A stretch of DNA of 64,000 nucleotides, taken from NCBI GenBank assembly GCA_036172245.1, contig JAYWIR010000021.1, positions 2,356,001-2,420,000 of the forward strand, written 5' to 3'. Of this stretch, positions 1-10,310 are shown in pieces (within the stretch, counting starts at the first letter, position 1; every line of letters begins with the position of its first letter). A program made the translations under genes and the position numbers. The notes below the pieces were generated by a model, which saw nothing but the letters and a program-made list of their open reading frames with translations, did not search any database and was not told the origin of the DNA. The DNA comes from Raillietiella orientalis. Lineage: Eukaryota.

Positions 1-699
1 AACAAGTATCGTTTCTGATATGCTAAGAATTCCTACTGCACACGGAAAAGAAAGAAGGACCATTATAGGAACAGATACAAGGATTTGGCTGTACTACTCA
101 CTGTACCAGGTTAGGGTTGAAATGTACTTTCTAACTGTTATATTGAATAAATGAACAGTGCTTGAAGAAATTTTGCCAAAAGAAATGTCAAGTTTTCATG
201 AGTTTTCATTGGTCATCTAAAGGTTATATGGAATGAGAACCCAATGTTTTGAGACAGGTGGGATTTCTAGTCTAGATACCTTTACGCGACATCTTAATAA
301 AAACATAAATACGAGTGAATGGTTACCTAATTGTGATACCAACTCACAACTCATTTGCATTCATTTGACAAGACGTCAGATTTTCAATCCATACAGCCTG
401 ATGCCATGTCAACAGCTGAACCAGGATTTGGAAAGCTATCGATCTTCGGAGACAGTGCTGAGAATGTCTTCTGGCTGTTCTCCATTGCTTACACCGACCA
501 AGAGTAAGAATGAAAAAGACACCAGTTGGTCTTCTTCATCAGCGTTTCTTGCTGGCAAAGCATATTTGCAGAATCCATAGATGAAGGTATCAGATGAAGC
601 CAATCTTGCCGAATGTACAGTTAAGAATCATGATGCCAATAAAGGAAGAAAATTATGATAGAGAAGTACAGTTTCCAGCAATTACTTAAAATGAACGAA

Positions 700-1320
700 T
701 GCAAATTTTCTCATGCACATCGCTGCATCCGTGCAGAAGGTGGAAATTAAGATTTATGTGAGGAAATGATACTGGCGTTTCGTTCCTGAGATTAACATTC
801 GTTCTTTCACGAACAGAGACGACGGCTTTTACTCGGATAGGGCTTACACATAGTCAAATCGGTGTGGATTTGCAGCACGTGTTATTTATTCTCGCGTTAC
901 ACACGTGAAAAGTGAAGCGTTTAAAAGTGAGGAGAAGTGTGCACGTGTATTCAAGTGCACGTTATTGATGGTCACGATGTCAGTGTGTGTTTTTACTTGC
1001 CAGTTGGTTTGGAAACTGCCTCGCCATCTGGTGAAAATGGTAGCTGGCACCTCTGTCACCCCCATTGTGGTCTCTTTGCGAGTCTCATGGGTGTGATGCC
1101 GTAAGCGAGGGGATTCGTTTCATTTCAGAGTTGTGAATAAATATGCTTTTCAGTTGAAGTACACTTCCCACGGTATGTTTCACCCTAACTTGGGCCACTT
1201 AAAGCTCAAGATTCAGCACGGATACTATGAAAAGTAAACCGCTATACTGTACAGTTCCAACACGTTGGATCAAACTTTCCGTAAATAATTTTTGCACTCT
1301 CCTTGCGGACAGCCACACTC
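700..1320. promoter_or_regulatory. CpG-retaining segment, probable AAGAB promoter / non-coding first exon
   Basis: Local cluster of CpGs followed by CpG-poor sequence from ~1600; candidate donor GCC|GTAAGC at 1101. Confidence 0.4.
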
Positions 1321-3315
1321 ATTTCATGACGTTCTTTCATCTACACTTTTCTTGACGTTCTTTTTGAGGAACCAAAACAAACAAATAAGCAAGTGTTAAT
1401 TATCCCAAGATTACAGCAAGACTATTTGGTGTACGTGTTAATTATTTCAAGCATCACTACATTTTGCATGTTAGCTTGTGACAGGTTTATTGCAGTTGTA
1501 GTCAAACTAGAAAGTGGAGATATCGCTAGAAATATTTTCCGAGTTGTTCGCTTTGAAAGCATCCATCTGAAGGTATTGGTTTGATTTTAAGTAATGAATG
1601 ATGTGCTTCCAACTAAAACAAATAGAATAATTTTCTGGTTTTCTTAGTATTTACAGTAACAGTGCGCTTTCATGGACCAAACTGAGCAGTTATCCCTTTC
1701 CAGAATAAGGATGTATTCAAGGACTAGCAGCCTATATAGTACTCAGGTGCAGAAATAAAATTTGCACTTAATACGAGATTTAATCATTCATATCAGGATC
1801 TGTATACAGTTGTCCATAATATCTGTACTTTTCATTGCCAAATTGAATTCATTTTTTGTTTATATTGCACATTAATAAAAATTTCTGGGGAGACAGTGTC
1901 TTCATTTTATTTTTATGATGTAAATTACTAGGCTTTGATGTGTTAGCAAATTTTTACAGCCAGTTAAAAAACCTAAAGCTGAAGATTTCACACAATTCTC
2001 TGAATGTTTGTCTCCATGCTAATTGGTTCTTTATTGGAATATTGAGATTATATTAGTGTCTAAATATGAACTGTTATAAGAGGATGTATACATGGATTAT
2101 TATATAAGGAGTTGTGTTCTTTATAATTTTGCATCAAAGGTGCCCAAATTATGGTTTGCCTGTCAGTATTATGTATAATGATTCCATTTACATTCAACAT
2201 TCTTAATATGTAATGGGGTGTCTGTGTAATAAGTCTACAGTGGAAATTCCAATATTCCAGAGTACAGTTCAGTAATTGAATGAGCTCATTTGCTGTTTAT
2301 TTTGAATGCAAGAATACTTTAATATACAAAGAGCAAGAGAGGTGGAGAGTGTGTCCAAATATTGCTTGTATTCATAAATTGTTTTTGGCATCATGAAATT
2401 GGCAAGAGAATGCTAGTTTGCCATCTTAACCATCTGTGCTCGTTTTTCATTACAGCAAACTTGACACATTCTTTAAATGTTGGTTTGTCAAGTTAACTTA
2501 ATTCACAAAGGCTTTTGTTTTATTATTATAGTTTGCTCCTATATCCTAGTCTCAAGGAAAGACAGTTCTTGTATATTGGCATTAATGATACAATAAAATA
2601 AAACCTGTATTCAATTTGTCTGCTTGACAAATTCAAAGTGAAATGTATTGGACCAAGGAACATTCATGTTGGTGGAAGGGAGTAATTTATAGAAAGAGTG
2701 GTCACATGGAGCAATGCAAATTATATAGCATTATTCCTTACAGTGATAGATCATTGTATGCAAAACGTCATTTTAAGATTTCCCACAATCATCATATTGC
2801 CTTAAGCTTGTTTTTATCCTCACTGATCTTGTTTTTTAATACAGATGTAAAGTAATTTAGGATCTTGTAAATGTTACATTACAACAACACTAATTTGAGT
2901 GTTTGAAAGCAATGTTCAACTTTGTATGATAAATGATTAGTTAAAGATTTGGTTTTCAAAAGTATTTGAAAATTTAAATAAATCCTTGACTTTCTTATCA
3001 TATTCATCTTGCACTTTTTGGTTTGTATTTGAAGGGATTTTTTTGTGCCCATAAAATTTTCTGCATTATTTGTGAGTCTTTGTAGACTGCAAATGAATGA
3101 CAAGGTTTGAATTCTCAGTTGAAATTTTTAAAGAAAACTAGCAAATACTGAAGTAGTTTGAAGGTTATTTTTCATGTTCATGTATGTGAAGAATGAAATA
3201 TCAGGAAGAAAACCATCACAGGTTTTTCTTTGTTTTAGATTGTGTGTTTGCATAGTGATAGTTTGTGTTCACTGTTGATGAAGACACCTTATATGGTATG
3301 GAGTGTTCCAGTGAC

Positions 3316-3382
3316 ATGGAAGAGAATCCTGTAATACTTATTTCTGGTTGCTCTCAACTGAATCATCCTAATATTTTAGAAA
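3316..3382 (+). CDS. AAGAB: AAGAB coding exon 1 (MEENPVILISGCSQLNHPNILE)
   Basis: ATG at 3316, donor A|GTAAGG at 3383; upstream acceptor TGTTTTAG ending 3238 suggests a preceding 5'UTR intron. Confidence 0.85.
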
Positions 3383-6300
3383 GTAAGGCAAGCAGTTCAT
3401 TAAAATGTGTAATGAATTGATAAATGTTTTCTATTGTTTAAGAAATCACCGGAGTTATTTCAAAAACAAGTTGTACGATCCCTGATGTTACCTCTTACAG
3501 CTGGAAAATAAATACAAAATATTACACTGCTGATGTTGAGATATATTTCATTGATTCATGTATTCAAAAACTGGAAGAACACATAAAAAGAAGAATAGAA
3601 GCTTTAATTATTTACTTTGATGTTAAAGATGTAAGATTCAGATTCCATAAGATCTCTCACTTTATTGGTTTCATATCAAGTAGTAAGCAGTAATAATGGA
3701 GCAAGTGTTTTGCAAAAACATAGGGTTACCATACTTGTGTTGTATAAATGTTATTTTGCAGGCTGATATTTTGCAGCATACTGATGATTGGCTTTCATTT
3801 GTTGCAAAATACAATCCTGAAATTTTGCTTCTCTGTTGTGATAAATTCTGCAACGATTCATCCAATGGTGTGATAAATCAAGAACAAGGTACGTCTGTAA
3901 GTTATTTGGAAGCAACATTTCAGTTCAATTCAATAAACTAATTTGCCTTACTGAGTTAACTTTTCATACATGCAGTAACTTGAAATTTCGTGCAAGTATA
4001 TAAAAGAAAACCACTTTTAGTGGATGTGTCTCATCATCATATTTAATTTAATTTTTGTAATTGTGATGTAGGGTTAATTGAAGTGTTGGTTAACTGATAG
4101 TTTTTCAATCATATGTAACCAGTCCAAGTATGAGTGGCAGTTGTACAAAGTGTAAATTTTGGAACTCAGTGTAAAGTTATAATATTTAGGGGAGACATGA
4201 ATGGCACTAAATGTGGTAAATGCTGAACATGTGTGGACAAGGAAAAGATGGGGATTTATTGTGAATCACCTGGTCCGAATCGATAAATTGAGTCCATAAG
4301 CTTCATGCAAAAAAAAAAAAACAGACAAACATGTAGATGGTCTTTAAACTCGATTAGCAGTATCACCAAAGCCTGATTTTGTTTTATTCAACTGCATGCT
4401 ATTAGAAGTGAATAGCAGTATGAATGCTCTGAAAGACAGATCACTTCCTGAAATTATGAAGAGCCCAAATGATTATACAATGGAAGTTCGGTATTCCAAA
4501 TCTACTTGTCCAACAATTTCTGAAGTTGCTTGAAAACATATGCAATGCTCCTGGTGTGGATTCAGAATCCAGAAACACGGCAAAAGATTGCTTGTTCTAT
4601 ATTCTGAAAGCATTATTATTCATCGACAAGGGAATAATTCGCGATCCCATTGTAAAATGGACCTTGCATCACGAATCTGTGAATACGTACGGTTTCAGGG
4701 TGAGCCGGCAGGATTTTCCGAAGTTCGAGGCGAACCGAAAGGAGAGAGAAAAATCAAACCAAAACAGCGTAGGGTGAAAGTTTCATTTTACGAGCCCAAG
4801 GGAAACACTACTTGTCTGTTTGAACACTGTGCAAATTACATTGAAAGAAAGAAGGCAATGCATGCCCGCGAATCCATCGCAGGGGCGAGAGTTTTGTCTC
4901 GGACGCACAAAGACCAACTTTCAAATGCATCCATCGGATTTGTTCTCCTTTTCGGAAATTGGAAATTTCACCAACATTGAGCTCCTCTTAGGGGGGTCGA
5001 GGCCGACACGGAGGGAAGCGGAAGTGTATTTCAGCGAGCTTGCTCGGTCCGATCTTCCAGCATCCGTTGTGCACTGAGCCTAAATCGCAGGGAAAAAAAC
5101 AAACAAACAAACCTGCTCTCCAGCAAATGTGTGCACCTATGTTCGGGTCGTTGGCTGGCGAGGGAATGTTGCCTGGGAAAATATGTTTCCCTGAGCTTTC
5201 GAGAGTATCCTGGATCTCACCGAGTTCCGGTGAAAGACGAAGACCAGAATTTCGGTTTCCCCCCCGCCCCCCGGACGAAAGCATGTAGTTTGAATGGGAT
5301 CACAGGGTTTGTTCCTCGGTTTGCAAAATGCAAAACGGATTCGTCAAAACAGATTGTGAAGATTTCCTGTCAATGGCACACGCCTAAGTCGTTGTAAGCG
5401 CGAGATAGGGATGCGCGAAGCTGGGGATTCAGATGGTCCATTCAGCAGGAAAAACCGTGGATGTCCGTGTTAAGGCAGGGATGGAAATTATCAGCAAAGC
5501 GTTGGTGCGCCGTATTTTGTGTGAATGCCCTGATGCTCCTTACTGAATTCCATTGCAAAGGATGCAGATAAGCCTCAGTGCTTTGCATGCCCATGGAGGT
5601 CATCCTGCAAGCCGCATTCGAAACTTGGATACGGTGGAAGAGGTGTGTCAGCTGTTTCAGTCATCAGTCATATCGGAACTTTAAAAAGCATTGTTTCCAA
5701 TTATTGAAAGCGTTTGGTCTTCATTTTGTACCGTACACAGCGTTTGATACGGTACACATCTGTCCCTGTGACAAGCTTAGATGGAATAGTCAGTGTAGTG
5801 CAGCCGCGAGGCATCAAGCAGCCCATGTTTTCTTGTGTGTGTTTTTCATGGGTCATCAGCAAAACTGCCACCGGGACAGTCCCCAACACACGTGTTTTTA
5901 TCATGTGTGTTTCATGCGCCAGGATTTCGGCACTGCCACCAAGACGGTCTGTTTGACCTCGCTGAGTAGTGAGCATACGGTTTGCAGAGTGGAGAACGAT
6001 GGTCACGTCAGAATGGGCTTGATGAGAGCGCTGATGATGATTCTACTGATTGTTTTCCCTGCAGGAGCTCTAGTAGGCCGAAATGGTTTGGTCTCGGTTC
6101 CGAGAGGAAACTTTTCCTGGGGCTCGCAGTGAGCGTCAAATGATCGGTTACAGTGAACTCGAAAAATGGTGGCTTCTGTTTTAACGTTTCGTACGCATCG
6201 TCAGCGCTCTCAGCGTCAGAGCTGTGATCCGCAGCGTCGACGAACTGCGAGTAAATTGCGTTTCTATTCGAATTGCGATCGTTGTTGTTCCAAAATAATC

Positions 6301-7370
6301 GGAATGCTGCTCTGTTCTTCTTGAGGTAACTCGGGGCCTCTGGTGCATCCAGCTCTTTGTGCCACTAGGGACTGGGAGCAGCCAGGGGATTACTAGGATG
6401 GATCCCTTTTCCCAGAGTTCCCTGCTTCTAGGCACGATCTTGCGATGCGAGACAAAATTTCCAGGCCTGCTGCTTCTAAAAAGTTGGACTAACGGAGTGC
6501 TGTTGTTGCTCACGAGGAACGAGGTGTGCGTGTTGCAAAAGGCCGAGAGCGGCATTCAAGAATTCACGAGAAGAAGAAGAAAAAAAAAGAAGCTCTTTGC
6601 GGCTGCTGCTGCTATGCTCGAAGACCGAAGAAGAAGAACCTACTCGTTCAGATCAGTGGTCGAGGAGGTTGGTTTATTCGGTCGTCCGTTGAGGCTGCCC
6701 GTCTGGCGGTCCGAGAGCAAGCGATGCCGCCACCGTTTGCGTCGAGCTGTGGAACTGTTCGTGCTTAAAAAGAGCGGCCATTTTGCGGGGCATTTCAAAG
6801 TATCTTTTCCTGCTGTCTCGATTCGCGACGAGTACAGATTTTCTGTCTGCAGCCACGAGCTGGTGTGTCGCGAACGGTTTCGAATTACTCGAGTTGGATG
6901 GAGCAGAGGAGGACGAAAACGTCAACGGGCATCGGTTGTATCAGGCCCTCAGTGCCCATCGTTGGACCAACCTGCAGTTAAAAGACCCGAAACCCAATCC
7001 AGTCGTATGTATGATAGCACATGCGTATTTCCTTTGAAGCGAACAACGGCAGGCGATCAACTTGTAAAATGTTTCTTCGATAGAAATCCGCGTTTCCACG
7101 TGAGAATTTTCCGAGCAGCCGCGAAGCCTCGAATGACACGCCGAGTTCAGGTAAGGCTTTTTCTTCCTCCCACCTTCTTCTAAGGCGGGTTCCGCAGGTG
7201 ATTCCGACGATCCGACGTCCGAGGAGAATCACTTCTGCCGGATGCTTTACAATCTTGGAGATATGAAAAGACAGATGCAAGCACTAAGTGATGCAGAAAG
7301 AAGAAACGCAGCCGAGCGCATCACGTATGAGTTTTGGAAAGCCATCGGTGGTTCCCCGAACGAACTTTAA
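3316..7370 (+). CDS. AAGAB: Alpha- and gamma-adaptin-binding protein p34 (AAGAB), 6 coding exons: 3316-3382, 3443-3630, 3762-3888, 6853-7004, 7084-7150, 7198-7370 (257 aa; alternative in-frame ATG at 3298)
   Basis: All introns are GT-AG and phase-consistent; spliced CDS is 774 nt. The translation carries motifs I recognise from AAGAB: WKINTKYYTADV, EALIIYFD, PEILLLCCDK, WCVANGFELLEL, RLYQALSAHRWTN and C-terminal MKRQMQALSDAERRNAAERITYEFWKAIGG*. Confidence 0.93.
3443..3630 (+). CDS. AAGAB: AAGAB coding exon 2
   Basis: TTTAAG acceptor, GAT|GTAAGA donor; encodes ...YSWKINTKYYTADVEIY...EALIIYFDVKD. Confidence 0.92.
3762..3888 (+). CDS. AAGAB: AAGAB coding exon 3
   Basis: TTTTGCAG acceptor, AAG|GTACGT donor; encodes ADILQHTDDWLSFVAKYNPEILLLCCDK... 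Confidence 0.92.
6180..6560 (-). mobile_element. Possible decayed LINE RT N-terminal fragment in AAGAB intron 3
   Basis: Minus-strand ELWEKGSILVIP resembles the RT region 'P..WK...I..IPK'; no other motifs. Confidence 0.25.
6853..7004 (+). CDS. AAGAB: AAGAB coding exon 4
   Basis: TCTGCAG acceptor, GTC|GTATGT donor; encodes TSWCVANGFELLEL...RLYQALSAHRWTNLQLK. Confidence 0.92.
7084..7150 (+). CDS. AAGAB: AAGAB coding exon 5 (low-complexity linker)
   Basis: TTCGATAG acceptor, CAG|GTAAGG donor; needed to restore phase between exons 4 and 6. Confidence 0.8.
7198..7370 (+). CDS. AAGAB: AAGAB terminal coding exon
   Basis: TTCCGCAG acceptor; encodes the C-terminal ...MKRQMQALSDAERRNAAERITYEFWKAIGGSPNEL*. 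Confidence 0.9.
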
Positions 7371-7374
7371 TAAA
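7369..7374 (+). terminator. AATAAA polyadenylation signal overlapping the AAGAB stop codon
   Basis: CTT TAA TAAA; T-rich tract downstream at ~7405-7425. Confidence 0.45.
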
Positions 7375-9564
7375 CACGCGGGCAGCGCCTTTTGTCACAG
7401 CCTTTCATTTTATTTTTTATTTTTTCGAAGACCGGGATGGCTTGCTATCCAAGTGGGAACCCGCAGAGTTTGATAGAAGAGGAAGGTCGTGGCAGTGGAA
7501 CGCTTCCGCCCGGAGGGCCTGCCCGTCCTGCGTGATGCCCGAGCAGATCCAGTAGTGTTTGCTCCTGTGACCCAATTTCTTCCTTGAGCCGTTTTTTGCG
7601 AACCTTTGCACCCTATTGCACGGGGGGTGTAACTCGATTTGGGTATGCACAAGTTACTTGGGAGTGTGCAGTCACTCCACAAGACGTGGAAAGTGGTTTT
7701 TCCTTTTAAAAATAAAAAAATCGGTAACCTCTCTTCAAGATGAAAGAAAACAAACTCCTATTGAAACTGCAAAGGGTTTTCAGCTTTCTTTGCCGAGGCA
7801 AAGACAGATGGCTGCGTATTTGTGCATAGAATTCATATCAATAATGTGCGGTAAGATTACTTGGAATGGATGAAATTTTTTGAAGGTAGAGTCGGTCATT
7901 CTGTGCATTCCGCGTGAAGCACTCGTGTTGCCGGTTGTGGAAGACGTTCTGGCAAAGTGTTTTGCTTCGCATTTTTCACGAAATACTCTCCCCCTTTAGG
8001 AGATTTCGTAGAGTAATCTCCCGCACGTTATCATTATTAATATTAGTGAAAGTTATCGTTACACGCACGAATACGTGAGGTTGAACAGAGGTGTGCCGTT
8101 GATTTGGTGCACACGACGTACCGACTGGTACGTTTGGCCGTTTGGCCAGAGAAATGATCCCACACCTTTCTGAAGGCTCAAGTCATGCCCGTGTGCTCGT
8201 TACCACGTTTCCTGGCATAGGGATGGCGCCGGGAGGAGGCTCCGCCCCACGAGCCCAGGTGAAGCGGCCGGGTCAGGAGACGGTCGTGGGCTGAGTTCCC
8301 GTCCGCCCGCCTCTCCAAAAAGGGCGATCGGGCAGGGACGACCTCTTCCCCCCCCCCCCCCCTGCCACCATCCCTTCTCCTCGCCACCTCCTGGAGGAGG
8401 AGAGGGCGCAACCTCCCCCACCCCACCCTCACCACCCTCTTGCGGAGGGAAGAGAAAGGGGGACTACCCTTCCCCTCCCTCCTGGACTCTGGCGGGTCGG
8501 CGGCGCCCGAGTCCTCCGGGAGGGATGGGTCGCTCCCCGGAACACCTGGAAGCGGAGCCTCCTCGGGGATCGCGGGTTCCCTCCCCCTCGCTGGGCGGTT
8601 CCTCCCGCGTCGCTAGGAAGGGGTCCGAGGGCGGGAGCCTGGCGGCCTTTTCCGGGTCCGTGGATGAGCGAGGGGGAGGCGACGCGTTGCCAAGCGATCA
8701 TCCGCCCTCTGCCCGTCCCTCCCACCCGCCATGCGTTCGCATCCACCCACCCCGCCCCACCATGAAATATGAATTTCCCTACGTGCTTGCTGCTCCATGC
8801 TGAAAACGGATTCCGGAATTCCGTGTTGTCAGACAGGGGGTCCTTAACATCGGATGCCTGTACGGAGTTCAAACATGGTTTTAATATCCTCAGGAAGAGT
8901 TCATCGTGGTCCCCTCATAAATTTGAGGAATACAAATAGCTGCAAGTGTACTTCATTGACATCGCATTACCTTATGAAACGTGTTTAGGTTTCTTGGGAA
9001 TTCTTAGACTCAAAGTGAACAAGCAAAAGAAAAAAAAAAAGTCCAATGTTTGTTCACCGTTTCGATTCATGACATGTATGTGAAGGGAATCGATAAAGTG
9101 CTTGCAAGTTCAGCTCTGCAAACTAAAGCATGGAGTGGAATGCATTCTAATGCCTCATTTATTCATGATTCCCAGTTTTTTACACGAAGTGTTTTGGAGA
9201 ATTTCGAAGTGGATTGGTATTAATTCAAGGCAAACAGTCGTTCCGAGGCTCTCCATTTTCATTTTTCACCTGCCAAGTGTAAGGTTGCCAGCGACACGTT
9301 CAGGGTTTCGGACGAGCTTGAAACACCACGCACTGAACAGCGGACGAAAACACTGGAAAGAGTCGAGCGCCCCAGAGGTGTTCCAACTCACCTGTGGATC
9401 TCTGAAAACGCCACAGGGCAAACGTGTGCTCGTAGAAAGGGAAAGAACATTTTGCTCACAGTCGCAGTGGCCATCTTACAATTACAATCCAATCCTTCCA
9501 ATCGACTGGCCTTTGGATGATGGAAACCCTTCTATTCCGTCTTCGCTGTTTTCGCAGCTCTTCG

Positions 9565-10310
9565 ACACGGTTTCACGCCACTTGGAGGTGCGTGTAATTG
9601 TTCAAGATTCATAGGGGCACCCCGGGAAGGGTCCATTCTATGAATCCAGCAAAGGCTCGGAGCCCGTTCCTTTCGCGCCAGGGGAGGGATCCCCCAAGGG
9701 AACCTCTCCACCCTGGTTGTCTCCAAAGGAAACCTCGAAGGGAATCTCCTCCCTTATTCTCTCCGGAGGGACCCCCAGGGGGGTCCTCTCCATTTTTTCT
9801 CCTCCGAAGGGAACCCGGAAAGGATCCGCTATGAGGAATTTGTTTTCCGGAGGGAACCTGCAAGGGAACCTCCTCTGTTTACTCTTCTGAATAGAACCCC
9901 GAATGGGCGCTTCCGAATTTTCTCGGAAGGACGCTCCCCGAAGGGAGCGGCAAGCTCCTCTGCACCTCTCCAGAGAGGTGACGACACACCTACTCCATCA
10001 GCACGCCGCGGAGGATCACCCCGGAATGGGGGGTCCGCTCTCCTTTGCAACCGGAGGGGAACTCCCGCTCCTTGATTCCTGGAAGGACCCAGAGGTCGAC
10101 TCGCATGTGTCCAGGTCCTCATCGGGGACATCCGGTTTCAACCGTTACCGGTGCCGCACCCGAATGAAAGGAGGCCGGCCAGCGCCATCTTGCGGGAGGA
10201 GGAACTCGAACCCACGACGCACTGCCCCGTCGATTCAGTTCGGAGTATTCGAACCCGCGACGCTTGGCGGTGCCACGCGCAGAGACCCCATGACCTCCGG
10301 CGCGGGCCGA
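9565..10310 (-). mobile_element. tRNA-derived SINE family A, copy 1 (near full length)
   Basis: Collinear with 17924-18700; reverse complement carries GCGTCGCGGGTTCGAATAC and a second GCGTCGTGGGTTCGAGT B-box. Confidence 0.8.

Noticed and set aside
1..660. Possible exons of an upstream gene (donor at ~110, acceptors at ~222 and ~396; ORF 233..580)
   Set aside because: Splice-like signals are present, but I could not build an unambiguous frame or recognise the protein; the strand is unresolved.
6359..7183. 274-aa ORF on +
   Set aside because: It overlaps AAGAB exons 4-5 in other frames, includes a poly-A run and has no recognisable domain.
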